Shown here piece after piece: positions 13,926 through 29,360 of a stretch of 64,000 bases of DNA. Numbering within the stretch: the first letter of the stretch is position 1; each line of letters opens with the position of its first letter. Under the pieces are notes generated by a model. That model had not been told where the DNA came from. It saw only the letters and a program-made list of their open reading frames with translations, and made no database searches. Source of the DNA: Octopus vulgaris (lineage: Eukaryota); assembly GCA_951406725.2 (NCBI GenBank), contig OX597831.1, forward strand, positions 60,512,001-60,576,000. The letters run 5' to 3'. A program made the translations under genes and the position numbers.

Positions 13926-14981
13926 TAGTCATGATCAGTAACAGCGTCGACAATAGCTGCAAGAGATCTCAGTTGATTTTGTTGACAGCATCACAAAGAT
14001 GAGCTAAGATAGCTCGTTCACAGAGACATTGACTGTAGCTAAAGTTTTGTGCAATGTTTGGGAGCACATGCATTATGACATCCCCAGCAGAGACATCCGC
14101 CGCGGATCGGGATTAAAATGGCATAGATTGTACATAAAAATTACAGTTATGTTGAAACAGGTGATATGGGAAAGTTCAGGATTGACAAAAAAACATTTGT
14201 GGAGTAAAGAAGAATATTTTAGGTTTCTGAATCCGAAACTAAAACCGAAATAAACAACAACTTTTACCTAAAACAATTTCCGCTATATACAATTGCCATA
14301 ACACATGAGAACTGAAAGCACTTGAACACTTATTAAGACCTACACGCAATTTGTGAAATTCCTTCTTAAAGGTTAATGACATTCTATTCTCTAAAATGTT
14401 CCTTTTTTTAATCTTAACCTTTTGTAAAAAAATCGTTCTCTAAATATTATAACCGTATCAAATTATTTTGTAAATGCCCTAAATATATGTGTGTATATAT
14501 AAATATATATCAATCCGTAGAAGAATCAATTTATTGTACGGAGTCCAGTATATGTCATTAAATAAATGAAACTAGTTTCATGCTAATAAGGTACTTCTTT
14601 AATTCCCAGCTAGCCGAACCGATGGGACGTAAACAAACCAGCAATGGTTATCCAGAGATGAGTAGAGCTAACACCAGCATAAAGGAACACGTATTATAAA
14701 TCCATACCTATAAACATATATATGAATGTGTGTGTTTGTGTGTGTGTTTGTATGTGTGTGTGTATTAATTCATAATACGTGTTCCTTGATATTATATTCT
14801 GTTTAAGTTGGACTACTTTATATGCATACACATGTACATTTTTGCATTAAATGTAAATGATATTCTGTGTAAATCAACTTGCCTTACTTGCTTGTCATTA
14901 CGTTTACTAATCTACCTGCTCAAATTTCTTGAGAACACAACTACCATGTGTATTCTATATAGAGAACACCTGTCTCTAATC

Positions 14982-15019
14982 TATATCTATCTATCCATCT
15001 TTCTATCTATCTATCTATC

Positions 15020-15071
<52 letters not shown>

Positions 15072-15085
15072 ATCTATCTATCTGT
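14982..15085. repeat. (TATC)n microsatellite
   Basis: Tetranucleotide run. Confidence 0.9.
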
Positions 15086-15169
15086 CTCTATATATATATA
15101 TTCAAATATTCTATAATTATAAGCAGAATTATAATTAGGGGTCAGCTTTGATCGTCGATTTTATGATGG

Positions 15170-15600
15170 ATGAAATGAATAAAAAACATGCTTCCGTGAA
15201 ATTTTGTTTTCTGCTGGCAAAAGGGTGACTGATGTCAAGATTCGAGGATGCTGTCGTGAACAAAGCACAAATTTGTGCCTCGCTAGCTCACGGAAAATCA
15301 AAAGTAGTCACGGCTGAATGCTTGTCATGAACTGAAAGAGCAGTTGTAAGTTGATTTGCACCTTTGTACCGACGCTGTAGAATTGGCAGATGTGGAAGAG
15401 TTGAAGAAATACACGATGGAGGCTTTAAACGTCATCACTTGCAAGAGTTCTAGTACTGCTACGGACTGTGGAAAACTCTTGTGGACCGATGTTTTGCTTC
15501 AAACGGAGAATAGTTTGAAGGTGATAAAAAGTGTAAACGTATAAAATTTAATGAATAAAGCAACGTTGCAAAAAATCCGGTTTCTTTTGTATACTCCTTC
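15170..15600 (+). mobile_element. Internally deleted mariner fossil
   Basis: N-terminal ASVKFCFLL is joined to C-terminal ADVEELKK..EAL...WK...DRCFASNGE*FEGDK; TIR-like end near 15570-15600. Confidence 0.75.
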
Positions 15601-16463
15601 GTGTATACACATACACACAGATATATACATACTCACACACACACAGAAGCACACACACATATAAATATACATATTCCTACACATTTATATACATGCTATA
15701 TGTAACCTGATCGTTTAGTTTTGGACATTATCACCATGATTTTTGCTATTTTCCATGCAAAAAAAGAATACAAAAGACAATGCGATGTTCGGTCATCAGA
15801 CTGGAGGCAAAATGATTCTGCAGCTTTATAATTTGTTCTTCATATTCAGTTATGCAAGAGAATGTAAAATGACATTTTATTGCAATATCTAATCAATACC
15901 CAGCATGAAATACTACCAACATCCTCATTACACTTTCAGTGATGTTTTTATAAATTCATATAATATACGTTTATTTTTACGCCCACATCTCATTTCCTGC
16001 ATTTCTTCATCTTTACCTACAAAAATATAAGTGACTGTTGCTTTGTTTAATCTCCAAAATATTCCCTTGATCAAAAACTAAAACTCGGACTATTGTCTGA
16101 TATCATTCTTTTCCAATGTAGATTTACTGTTGAGCGCAAATTTATTTCCACTTGTGCATTCCTTATGTCATAAATAAATACATTATATATGTATAACTGT
16201 GTGGGTGAATATATATATATATATATATGTGTGTGTTTCTAAGTCTACGAGAGTGTGTGCTCGTTCGTTTGTGTTTATATCGATGTATGTCACGCTGTGC
16301 ATATGTACTGCATATATTCAGATATAAAACTGCGCAAAACTAAAACTCAATGAAAATCCATATAGTAATGTGAAGATTACTCTCTGATAATTATCAGTGC
16401 AATCGCGTCTTCAGTTCATACATTTACGTACGCAAAACAAATGCACACACACTTTATATATAT

Positions 16464-16529
<66 letters not shown>

Positions 16530-16583
16530 GTGTGTGTGTGTGTGTGATATATATATACACATATATGTATATCTATCTATCTA

Positions 16584-16642
<59 letters not shown>

Positions 16643-17550
16643 ATGTGTATACACACATATATACACAAATATGGAGAGAGAGGGAGGGATATAGAGAGAC
16701 ATATATACATATACACACACACCAAAGTATATGGATATAGATAAATATGTTTATACACATGCAAACGGACACAAACACATACACACATAGACACGCATGC
16801 ACACACGCTTACAGACACGCATACACAAACATATACTTACTCACATACGCACATGCACTTCAGTACAGGCGTGATATGAAATAATTTATAATAATTGCCT
16901 GCAAGTAAGTTTTATGAACATTTAATCACATTCAGAGAACTAACCAATTTTTCAGAAAGAAAAAATTAAATGTCATACATAATTATTGATGGTAAATGCC
17001 GAAGAAAAATAGGTTTTGGCATTTCGTGGAGTTATCTGTTGAATTAATAGCATGACACATCATATAAAGCGCAGCTTAGAAGTCTGCCATAAAAGAGATC
17101 TATACTTTCTTCAAAGAGAAACAAATACTGGAAAATATATACAAAGCAAATATATAAATTCAGATATTTCAGTTTTGTATAGAGATGAATCAAAAGTAAA
17201 ATGAAGAAATAAAGAAAGACATCGGAAAACTAATGGTTATTTGAATATGTTAAAATTCACACACATAGATTTTACACTAACGCATAAATTCATATATATG
17301 AATAAACTATATGCATGTTTGTTTGTTGAAAGATACATACATGCACACATATAAATATGTGTGTGTCAATGCATTTTTATATAATAATGTAGAGAGATCG
17401 AAAATGGTCGTGGCACAGACACTTGATTAGCTTCAAGCATAAACAAGGAAGTAGAAAATCGCGCAATAATATTCATGATATATGCAATGCACTTCGTTCA
17501 CATTTGAAATAAGCAGAAATTCCAGTAAGATGTCCGCCAGTACACAGCTT

Positions 17551-17602
<52 letters not shown>

Positions 17603-17647
17603 CTGATTATGTAATAATAATATGTGCAGGGAATGGAAAGGGTGATT

Positions 17648-17696
17648 ATTTACTACGCTCGTTTCAAAAGACTGACCGAATGATTATTATGTAAAT
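17648..17696 (-). ncRNA. Decayed hammerhead motif
   Basis: ATTTAC ATAATAA ... GAAACGAGCGTA GTAAAT. The 6-bp stem I and stem III are intact; the core differs from CUGAUGA at three positions. Confidence 0.45.
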
Positions 17697-18089
17697 TCAA
17701 GGTACTACATACATGTTCTGTGTTACTTATTTTCGGGTATTTCTCTACCTGTAGCTTGAAGTCGCTAAGACAAATCGGAATAATTCAGATAATTCCTAAT
17801 TTAAAGAGAGTTACAAATAGGATAAGCAAATTTGTCTCCTTTATTAGCAACATCTATTGGGGCCCATAGTGGTGTAGTTTAAAAGAGCAATTTCCCCATT
17901 TGTATAAATATAGCTCCTGGACTGGTAATGGAATTTCATAGGTGACTAATACTACCATTGAATTGTAATACAATTGAAAAGACGGCACCGAAATGATAAA
18001 AGAAAAATATAAAAGATGCCGTGTGTAGTTATATATATATACTCACAAACTCCTGCATACGGGCGGTAATACATAAAAAATCATTTATC

Positions 18090-18297
<208 letters not shown>

Positions 18298-18464
18298 GTA
18301 TAGTTTTCAAAAACCACTGCTTCTCATCTTGTAACTTAAATTACACCGTTATATTTTGAAAACCTTCGCGCAATCAAATTTAAATGCTTATTTTTATATC
18401 TGAATTATATTACATAACACTATACTACATTTATAATCACGATTTTAATTCAGTATTCATCGCA

Positions 18465-18503
18465 ACTATCCGACGAGCAGGACCGTGAAACTCTAAGTAA
18501 CTG
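18465..18503 (+). ncRNA. Decayed hammerhead motif
   Basis: CCGACGA GC AGGACC GT GAA ACT CTA AGT A; stem I pairing is poor. Confidence 0.4.
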
Positions 18504-19638
18504 TGGTAATTTTGCAGTTTCAATAAAATGTATATGTGTATATATATATATACATATATATATAGACATACATACACATGAATGTTACATATACTCCCGT
18601 ATCCATACATACACACATCTACACACACACGCATACACACACACAGATACACATCGCACACATATATGAATACAAATAAACTGTGGCACTTATGTGACAG
18701 AAGAGTTACACCATTGCTCCTTGATAAAGTTATGCAAAAGAAAATTTACGTCTGAGTGTGCAAAAGCATTTGAAAGGTTGTTAGAAGTAACCTAGTTTTC
18801 TTTCCAACACATCTACAATCATTTGTGTACCTACTGCTCAGTGCATTTGCAATTAAGCGAATGCGTGTGTAAGTACGTGTATGTAAACACGGGCGTACAC
18901 ATAAGCATTTAATTATATATACATATATACACATAGAAAAAAACGCAGAAGTGTTTTACTTGCAGATCCACTCGATTTCGCAAATGTACGTGCCATGTGC
19001 AAGGGTTGATAGTATGTGGGCGGATAGGCATATTAACCCGGTGCCCTTAATTGCCAGCTTTACATCTGAGAGAAACTGCATAACTTCTACCAACCAGTAG
19101 TGTTCATTACCAAGGAATGTGATCTATCTTATTGCGGTCAGCAGATGTATGTTCCTGTGGCAAACTTGAATCCACTGGCCAGCCACAACCGTAATGTACA
19201 ACCTTAGTACCAGCTGCTACACTTCACATTCTGCACTAAGGTCACCGTCACTAAATAAACCCCATGTGAGGGACAACCTATCAATCACCAATCTCCGACG
19301 CTTCTTGAAGCCATACTCCCACTTATTGTATAAACCCACACGAGTACATATGTACACAAACGCGCAAGTATGTGTAAGTGCACCCAGTGTGTTCGTCTGT
19401 AAATTTGTTTATATGTGTTTATATGTGTGTATGTATATATGTGTGTGTGTGGATACGCCTATGTACACATACATGCACAGGCATAAATGCAAATGCACAT
19501 ATCTGTATATATAAATACGTGCGCGTATAAATGCACACAAACATACACACTAGTATGCATATATACGCGCGCACGCCGTACATATATGTCCACGGGTGTG
19601 CGAATGTATGCAAGCATACACACACATATGCACATATA

Positions 19639-19691
<53 letters not shown>

Positions 19692-19979
19692 GCATAAGCA
19701 CATATATACATATATTATGTGTGTGCATGCAATAAATAGACAAACACAGACATAAAAATCACATATATACGTATATACTCGCAAATCTACAGATCACACC
19801 GCTCCTTTCTATCTCCCTGGAACTACGCCGCTGTTTTCCTGCTCACCGCGGTTACATTTCCTGTTCAGTATGTGGAATTATCGAAGTAATTTTTGTCGCT
19901 GAAATACCAACATGCTACAATTAATAATAATTGTAGCATAGGAGAAGAATTGAGTGCAAAGGAAAATAATTGAAGATCT

Positions 19980-21620
19980 ATATCAAAAGTAGCAGCAATG
20001 GAAAGCAAAAAAAGTATAGAGACGAAAGTCTGTCATAGGGACGCCCATCATAGGAATAAACAGAACTGTGATGAACAGAAGTAGAATAGAGACAGAGTGA
20101 TTGTAGATCGCAGATAACACTTATCACCAGGAAGAGATAGAAGAAAAAGGTGTAATGTGTAGGAGAAATTTGCAAATTATGAATATATCTATTGCAGTGG
20201 TAGAGCAAAGAAAACACAGTGAATGAATATAAGAGAATGCTGCAATGAAATTGGTTTTCTCCGTCTACAGTGCGAAAAATGTAAAATAGGAGAGAATTAA
20301 AAGTGAATGTCCATTATATTATTACTGAACCATAAACCTAGTGCAATGGACGATCTTTACCAGCTCCGTAGATCAGTGAATTCAAACCGATGGAATCGTT
20401 AACAACTCTTGCCGTGAAGGAAATATCTAACGACCACTTCGGTGAGTTCGTTCAATATTACTTATATCAAGAGAAATTAATTCTCAGACCACTAGTCGTA
20501 ATATCAACTTCAAAGAATTATCCATGCCAATAACCCAGTCATAAAGTAATACTCCGTAAAAATATATATGACGTTTAAGTGTACATGATATATCTATATT
20601 AGGACATCTAATATGCACACGATTGACCAAGATTCAAAGCAGCAGATATATCTCTGTATAGTTCTGCATACTGAGTCACGTACCTGCAACGGTACCAATT
20701 ATGAATATTCTAGTACATATGCAAATTTGGAATTAGTGTTAATAGCAATTACATTTTTGGAATTAGCATATAAACATTCATCACAATTGAATAAAACAAA
20801 ATCTAGTAGTAACTGGGGAGTATACTGGATTCTTAACAGAATGAGTTATGAAACTAAAGAGGAGTGGTTGAAGATACCGTTTGAGAACTACCGTTATTTT
20901 TCTAGGTATGTGATGCGAGAGAATGATGAGAAGTCGAAATTCAGGATACAAAATGATGAAGTATTTTTGAATGTAGCGCATACGAAAGAATGAGTTTACT
21001 CTAATAATAGCTGAAGGTAAAATATTAGAACTTGATTATTGCTGTGACATGCGAGTGACATATAGAAGGAATAACAGAGGCTCAAAATTTAGCTCTGGAT
21101 AACGACGAGGTAGATTAGCTTGATAGATGGGAATAACCTCATCGACACATACTGTGTTATTAATGTCTAGTAGGGAACTACTGACAGAAGGAGAGAGATA
21201 TAGCTGAAACCAATCCGTGTACATTTTAGTAGAAGTTTTACATGGCTGCCACAGAGAAACAAGAAGTTTCGACTCTGTCCGCTATTAATGCTGAGAGGTT
21301 CATAGATTGTTTTGTTCTTGGGTAGTCATATAGGACCTGCGAAACATTTACAGATTATAATTAAATGCTATTTCTGTAAAAATCATCTATGAAAGTACCT
21401 CCTTTAACATTCACGAAGAGAGTAACAAATCTGCTGAAGGATAGTGAACAGCATGCAATGGTTTCTGTCTTCCAAAACATATAGAAAATTTGACATCTAT
21501 GATACATACGTCATTAATGATGCCTTTGACATTAATCATGTCCAGCGAAGCTTCTTGTACCATTGACTGCTCACTGAAAACTCCGAAAAATAAACCTGAA
21601 CTATTAGGTAGGCGCTGTTT
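19980..21620 (-). mobile_element. Highly degenerate CR1/L2-like LINE fossil
   Basis: Scattered minus-strand remnants in LINE ORF2 order: TDWFQL...IP, HIP...VVLKR..P, SSVYSYD (YADD-like). Confidence 0.4.
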
Positions 21621-22529
21621 GTCAGGGACGATTATAAGAAAATTGATAATGTAATGATATGAGGATTGCTACTGTAGAATACAGTGAGAAGATTTTGTCA
21701 TAATTGAAATATACCTCGAATGCTCCCCATTTTAGATCTATGGTCTGGTGTTATGGTTGAATAAGAATCAATACTTAAGGACAAAGCCCTTCCATAGATG
21801 TTTCTTAAAATTTAACAATAATCATTATGGATCATTTAAAGGCAATGAAGATATGGTGGAAACATATGATGCGAATTATCTGTATTTGAAAATATCATTA
21901 AATGGTGCATGACAATTAATTTTATTTTTGAAACATTCAATTTTAGTAATCAAATAATGAGTATTTTTTATTAACTGAAAGTGAAGAAAAGAAAGAATTA
22001 CGCCAAAAAATTTGATAACCTCGGCATATTTCCTGTACTTGAAAACCAGAACGATTATGTTGACGGTTTTCATCTTACATCTCACAAAATGAAGTTTTAG
22101 TAAAAACAGATTGACATAAAGAGAACTCAATGAACATGCTATTACAGTGAATCCTTAATCCTTAAAAATGTTTTAGCCTGAAGGCCGCGGCCATGCTGGG
22201 GCACCACAGTAATAGATTCTGGTTTCACTCAATGGAGATTTCGTTTCGAAAGCAAGAATGAATATGACAATGTGAAACAACTCTACAATTCAAGCAAAAA
22301 TGGTGTCACTTCATAATAAATATCGTACAGACAATATGTTTCAGTTAGCATTTGAATGAATAAAAGTTCGTTACTAAATAACCACGGGTTAATCGAATAT
22401 GACAGGTCGTATTATGAGCAGCAGAAGATAATATTATCTGTGTAAGAAAAGTTTTGTTTTATCGTATGATAATTCTACTTGTCCTTACGTTACTGAGCCC
22501 GTAGGTAATGCTTTCTTGTGATTACAAAA

Positions 22530-23030
22530 AAAGAGGGAGAACAAAAACAGGGAGAGATTAAAAGACAGAGAGAGGAAAAGGGAGAGAGAAAAAGAGGGAG
22601 AGAAAAACGTTCATACCGCGAGGTACGGGGAATATTATTGTAACGCTTTCACGTGATTAGATGAAGGAGAAAGAAAAGAGAGAAAGAAAAAGAGGATAAA
22701 GTGAAGTGTGAGACAGAAAGAGTATGAAAAAAAAAGCGGGAATGAGAAACGTCTATGAAATGACGAAAGAGGAACGTAATAATTAATACGTGGTTAAAAA
22801 CGTTAACTGAAGGTAGAGTACGAGGTTTAAACATATAAATTTAGTATAGGGGTAGTGTTCTGATGGCGAGGTTAAAGAAAGGCAGAGAGAGAGATGGGAG
22901 AAGGAGGAGGGATACAGAAAGAATGGAGTGAGACAGGTGAGAGAGGGAGAGAAGGGAGGGAGTGGAGTGAGAGGATGGAGGGAGAGATGACAGAGAGAGG
23001 GGAGAGAGAGGAGGGAGAAGGCGGAGAGCT
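22530..23030. repeat. Purine-rich (GA/GGA) low-complexity tract
   Basis: Strong A/G strand bias, most marked at 22870-23030. Confidence 0.75.
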
Positions 23031-23162
23031 GTTGGGGTATATATAAATATATAGTGATATCCGTATATATGTATGTGAGCACATTTTTGTTAATTATCTA
23101 TAATTCTTTTATATATTTGGGTAAATGAATACTGATATGTATTATGTATTATTATGAGAATA

Positions 23163-23221
<59 letters not shown>

Positions 23222-24109
23222 CATATATATGTATGTATCTATGCATGCGCATATGTGTGTATATATGTATATAGATATCTATGTATGCATGTATGTGTGT
23301 ATAGGTATTATATATATATATATATATATATGCACATATACATATATACATAAACATATATGTATATTACGACCATTACGATATGTTATATTCTTTTAAT
23401 AACTTCAGTAATATTAATATAAGGAAAAGAGCAATTATGATAATGATATTGAAGTCATTAGGACGTTTTTAGTTATGTTAGTCTATATTGAATGATCTTA
23501 AATGCAATTGTATAAAATTGAATTAAATTTTTAACTAAACCCTGTTTTCGATATTATATTTCTAGTATTATATTATGTATGCATTAAATTATGAACATTT
23601 TGATTTAAAGTGATTATTTCCCTTGGAAAAAAAGAATAAAAAAAATGTATTTATGTATAAATTAATATAGATAAGAATTATTCTTGCATAAATAATATTG
23701 TACACAATATTAAAAACATACTCTGTAAATTCGTTTTGCGAAATTATGTCTCTTCTATTCTTCCATAACTATAAATGCATATAAACATTACGATGAGATT
23801 TCTTCTCTAAAAACTTAGTAATTTTAATTTTAATTTTACAATTTTTTCTTCGTATGGATATGAGTATTTTTTTAGGTTAACTGTTTAATTCAGCGTTTAT
23901 TTAATTTCGTTGATAATAATGTTATGATAATATTTTTAAAGAATATTTCTTATATAAGCTACGTAATTTTTTATTATTAATCTTTGACTTTTAGTAACGA
24001 TTATTATAAATAATTAATGCAATGCATAATATAATTTACTTTTGACTAGAAATGATAAAGTATTTTAGATTTTGCTATTTACTCACAGATAAATAGCATA
24101 CTGTCATTA

Positions 24110-24413
24110 TAAAATGTCGCCCTTTTCAAGCCTAGCCAGGCTCATGGGCCTAGTTTTCCGGTTTCTGTGGCGTATGTTTTCCCCCAGCTGGATGGGACGC
24201 CAGTCCATCGCAGTATAACTCAAGAAATGGGAAGATAGAGTGAGAGAAAGTTGTGGCGAAAGAGTACAACAGGGGTCGCCCCCCCCTGCCAGAGCATCAC
24301 GGGGCTTGTAGGTGTTTTCGCTCAATAAAACACACAACGCCCAGTCTAGGAATCGAAACCGCAATCCTCCGACCGCATGTCCCCTGCCCTAACCACCGGG
24401 CCATTGCGCCTTC
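24110..24413 (-). mobile_element. SINE family A, 3' module type 2 (V-domain-like)
   Basis: Same head as the 37463 copy; the tail GCGATGGACTGGCGTCCCATCCAG...CAGAAACCGG resembles the V-SINE domain. Confidence 0.85.
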
Positions 24414-25194
24414 ACTATTATTATAATAACAACGTGTTTTCTTTAATGATATGAATAAATCAAAGGGATACTTCTTATTTCGCCATGATTTTAAAAATAT
24501 TAATTTAAATATTGTTCCTGGCATTAAAATATAAACAAATACGCTCTAAGATATATTTAGAATAAAATATTAATTTCTACATTTTACGATCGTTATGTTA
24601 GCTTAATTTTATATCTTTATTCTTATCTGTGTTTTCGTTTTAGATTATTGTCGCTTAGTCTTGAAGAAATAAATGAATTTAAATTCAATCTGTACTTGTA
24701 TCTGTGAATCCTCATAGATCAAACATTACGTTGAAGAGATTCTTAGCTACAAACAATGGAATTTTATATTTTATTATGTGTAAAAATAGGAACTATTGTA
24801 TGTAATATGTATTTAATACATATTATTTATTATATTACATTATCATAAAAATAAGGTAATATATCATGTTATTAAAATTTTATTTTTGAATTGGGTATTC
24901 TATATCTCCATTTCCTACTCAATTTTATACATTTAATATACACCCATGTGATATGCAAGGTTTTTCGCTAGAAAATGCATTTACGCACATATATATGTGT
25001 ATACACATGCACACTGACGTACACACATGCGCAGAAACAAACAAACGTAAAGAAGGCAGCTCTGATATAGGACAGAGTGAATGACTACTGAACAAATTAT
25101 AAGAGGCAACAACAAAGCAAAAATAAATAAGTAAATGAGTAAAAACCGAACACGTGAGCGTTTGAAATAAAACAGAATGACTCTTCCCAGACAC

Positions 25195-25255
<61 letters not shown>

Positions 25256-25270
25256 TGTATATATATATGC

Positions 25271-25327
<57 letters not shown>

Positions 25328-25349
25328 AATACATGCATATATATATACA

Positions 25350-25415
<66 letters not shown>

Positions 25416-25430
25416 CACATATGACCAAAG

Positions 25431-25467
<37 letters not shown>

Positions 25468-25691
25468 CAAAATAAGCAACAAGAATATCCAAGGTAGTGT
25501 AGTATAATTGTTTCATGCTACTTCATTTTATTAAACACTGTATGTATTACATCAGTTTTAAAATGTCAAGCAATCTTCAGCAACATATAGAATTATTTAA
25601 TTAAACGGACAATGTGCATTCTTATACTTATTTCATTTGCCAACATTACAAAGAATGTAAATATATAGACAGAGAGGTTAATTTCATCATT

Positions 25692-25749
<58 letters not shown>

Positions 25750-25771
25750 CATGTATATATATATACATATA

Positions 25772-25839
<68 letters not shown>

Positions 25840-27362
25840 AACTACAAAAGATCTACCAACAGTAGCATGCTGAGGAGATTTATATAAAACACCACTTTTA
25901 TGAAGCGATATTTAACGCCCATTGAGTACCGTTATTTTTATTTGAAAACCAGGAGATTGGTCTATGATAAAAGAAATGAGGAAAACAGAGAGAAATTACT
26001 GTATTGTCTACTCCATTCAACTTTAATTTTTTAGATATATTTCCACAGATTTAAACTCACGCATTTATAAAATGTATCATACCATCATAATCAAACGAGA
26101 AACCGATATACATAAAGAGTCCTGTGGCAGGCTTTAGTGTTGAAAACTTTGATAGCCAATAAAAGTAATATGAAATTGGATGTAACATATAGATAAGAAA
26201 TATTTTATGAAGCCGTCCTTACTATAATAACGCGCCAGCCAATAATGGCATTAAAGATATCATATGTTACTTCAGTTAAAATATAAAACTTGAAAATAGA
26301 CTTAGGAAAATAATATGATTCATTTTCATTTTCTCCTTGAATTTTAAAACTAACATAAGTAATTGTTGTCATTATTAAATAGGTATCGTTAAATAAGCAT
26401 ATCCTAGAAAACCACTACTTCAGAAAGATTTTTAATGCACTTTCGATAACAAAATTTCCATACACCTAATGTTCTGTTACAAAGGGTAGTATCACTTGCA
26501 GGTCACACCAGGCAACGTAATCGGAAAGAAAAATTACAACAGTTTATGTGATGGGAATTTTAATATTTGTAATGCGAACAACCGGTCTTATTTCCTACAC
26601 ATTGAGAAAAATAAAGCCACTAGCTGGGTAGCCATTAATGAAATCTGAGGACCAAATATCATCCACATCCAATCAGGGCGAGAATCATGGAGAAATCTAC
26701 ACCATATATAAATGGATCAAAGTAATGCAAATTATCCGTGGTTTAAATATAGGACAAATATTTTAGACCCACTAATCCCACCATACTACTTAATTCCAGG
26801 TCAGTAACCTCTAGTAAATGCAAGGGTAGAGACAACTATCTTTTGTTAAATTAGGTCACACTATCCTCTCAGAACTGATTAGCTATCTCACAAATTTTGG
26901 GCTGGGTTACTTTGTCTTATATTATTCTACTCCAGCTAACGGATTAAGATTCCTACAGACGAAGAAGACAAATGTCGCGTGTTTCTTACATCTTTTTCTT
27001 CTCGATCCAATCTTCGCATGAAACGTCTTCGTAGTTTCCTTGATTTCTCATAATCTTCTCATTGATCAACATAATAGTTTTCAAAAAGTCTAAATTTATG
27101 CACTGAACCTGAGAGATTGCTTGGGGACAGATGGCATGTTGTATAAATCTGCCAAATTCGTTTATCTTTACAGGATGAAAATTATTAGTAGCTCCCCTGC
27201 AGACAGTATATATCAAATATTTATCGCTCACTAGATATATTTAAATTCAGTTATTTTCTTGTATCTATAAATCCTCATATATCAAACATTACAATGAATA
27301 GATTCTCACCTACAAACAATAGATTTTTATAATTTACTTTTGGTTAACCCTACCTATGAGCA

Positions 27363-27454
<92 letters not shown>

Positions 27455-27479
27455 GTCTCTGTGTGTCTCTATCTCTCTC

Positions 27480-27848
27480 TCTTTTACATTTTTACTCTTA
27501 TTTGAGTTATTTGACTGGGGCCATGCTGGGGGCACCACCCTTACTCGAACGAATGGACCCCAGGACTTATTTGTCGTAAGCATAGTAATTATTTGATCGT
27601 CCATTTTTTTGTCGAACCACTTAGTTACGCGTCTTTAACACACCAAAATCGGTCGTCAAGCGATGGTTGACACAGAGACACAAGCACACAAACATATATA
27701 GGATGGGCTTCTTTCAGCCTCCGTCTACCAAGTCCACTCATATGGCTTTGGTTGACCGAAGCTATAATAGAAGACACTCGCTCAATTTGGAACTGAACCC
27801 GGAACCATGTTGTTGGTAAGCGATCTACTTGCCACACAGCCACTGCTG
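27480..27848 (-). mobile_element. tRNA-derived SINE family C
   Basis: Reverse-complement homology to 53025-53447. Confidence 0.8.
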
Positions 27849-29199
27849 TCTGTCTATCTTTATATATGTATATGTGTGTGTGAGAGTGAGTGTGTGCGTG
27901 TGCGTGCGTGTGTATGTACGTATAATCCATGAACTGTTACGTTACATAAATATCCTCTCTATTTTATGAAAACAGAATCTAAATTCCCCTCTAGACGGAT
28001 TTACCTGTTAATGAAACTTTACATTGAATTCCATGTATTGGATAAATTGGACACAAGATGGCAAGGGAATATATGTACTCATGCGATCATATATTCTACA
28101 TAACTAGAACTATCTCTTCGATTCCCAAACCCACCAGCAACGAAATATTCAGTACACAGTTGTTCATTTAAGTGAGAAAACTTTTTCCCATTAATATTTC
28201 TTGATCCAGTTACTGAAGAATTGCAATAGCATAAAAAATAAACGTTTTGTTAATAAACTACTGCCTTAGTTGTTTTTATAGCTGCACTATAGTTTCTGAA
28301 ACGAAATATTTTCAAATTCAATAGGCTTGTTTCAGCATCATAGAGCACATGAGGTATGCACAATTGTTGGCAGTCCTTAAGTGCAGAAATTCCCAATTTA
28401 TTTTGAGTTGCTGCAGAAATCATTATGTGCATATACATAGCAGATAATTCCTAGTTAAGGGTCACCCTAATTATTTTATAAAAGTGGAGATATACAATAA
28501 TGTAATATATACTTGTATACAAACATAAAAGTTAATGACTTTTCCTTACAGATAATGTTGCTGGGAATTACATGGGAAGTATATTATAAGAATGCAACAC
28601 AAACAGCAGTCATATCTATAACAAAACTCATATGTTCTGAAATTTCAAGAATTATAGTGAATCGAAAATAAAATTTGTAAAATTGTACAATATATTGAAT
28701 TTCCCGGAAACGTAAGAGAATATATTTCATATTGTTAAAGAAATATGTGTAAATAATGAGATTTAAGGGCATGCAAATTTACCTCCAGTAACTTCCTTAG
28801 AAAAATAACTGTTTAACAAAGCACTTAGCAAACATTTATTTCTAATTTAAGTTCTATCAGGACGACACCTAGGTATATTCCTAATTAAAATTCTGTATGT
28901 TTAGCTTGCATTCTTTAAATGCCCACAGACTTTCATACGCCTATGAATACACCTATATAAATACCTATATTTATACACTCACATATATATATATCCATTA
29001 ATTCATTTTATAATTTGAAAATCTGAAAAAGAAAAGGAAAATTAAGGATAACTTATCAGAAGTGATTGGGAAACCAAAGTATCAGTACATTTATATGTAG
29101 ACTCCATTGATTCATCGCAATACATGTAGACGATGCTTGACTTCTGAACTTGTGCGTTCTGAACTTCTGAACTTGTGCGTTAGTATCTTCTCATGTATG

Positions 29200-29360
29200 T
29201 TGGATATTGCTTAACGTAATTTGTCATATAGATCAGATATCTTCAACTTTTGTACAATAACCGATGTCTTAAAAGAAGCACCACAAGAAAAGTTTGGAGT
29301 TGTTGCTTCTGGTGAAGCAGACGTCTAGGGAACTGGGCCGCTTCTTCAATTCCATAGATG
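29200..29360 (-). mobile_element. Tc1/mariner-superfamily transposase fossil
   Basis: RSGPVP*TSASPEATTPNF...G..K..V resembles GP..WPPRSPDLTP.DFFLWG. Confidence 0.55.

Noticed and set aside
14160-14225. GPS exon (VIW...LWSKE)
   Set aside because: Position fits the pseudogene model, but the conserved cysteines are absent, so it was not counted as evidence.
16369-16415. Hairpin tgaaga...ctgataattatcag...tcttca as a ribozyme
   Set aside because: No GAAA half or cleavage site on either strand.
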